DNA from: a virus
Lineage: Duplodnaviria; Caudoviricetes
Direction: 5' to 3' (one strand)
Length of the DNA stretch: 33,026 nt
Virus record (IMG/VR): IMGVR_UViG_3300043620_000029
Coordinates: 1-33,026 of that record
How positions within the stretch are numbered: the first letter of the stretch is position 1; the number at the start of each line of letters is the position of its first letter. The notes under the pieces are model-generated. The model did no database searches. It had not been told where the DNA came from and saw only the letters and a program-made list of their open reading frames with translations. Positions 33,026 to 33,026 of this stretch are shown piece by piece. Position numbers and translations under genes: made by a program.

Positions 33026-33026
33026 A

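Noticed and set aside
1-33026. tRNA, rRNA, retron, toxin-antitoxin or known anti-phage defence genes
   Set aside because: None recognisable by eye. tRNAscan-SE, Infernal and DefenseFinder would be needed to exclude them.

Overview
AT-rich window that is almost entirely one tailed dsDNA phage genome of podovirus-like layout, truncated at both ends. The replication initiator runs off the left edge and the terminase large subunit C-terminus enters at the right edge. Left: early/replication module (O-like initiator, Cro-like HTH, PD-(D/E)XK nuclease, ERF annealing protein). Middle, minus strand: portal, scaffold, N4-gp56-type major capsid, adaptor, tail nozzle, probable ejection proteins and several fibre proteins. 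Right: about 6.9 kb of small accessory ORFs between terL and portal, including ParA with a small RHH partner, a GroES-like protein, a FmdB-type Zn ribbon and HTH proteins. Two genes resemble Chlamydiota proteins (HTH-PTS EIIA fusion; truncated Pgp7/Pgp8-like tyrosine recombinase), which suggests an environmental chlamydial host. Non-coding signals suggest plasmid-style maintenance: exactly 11-bp-phased YATATR arrays around parA, and a promoter-to-terminator antisense RNA opposite the rep leader. Best overall hypothesis: a chlamydial phage-plasmid. All family assignments are from motif recognition by eye, and no database search was run.
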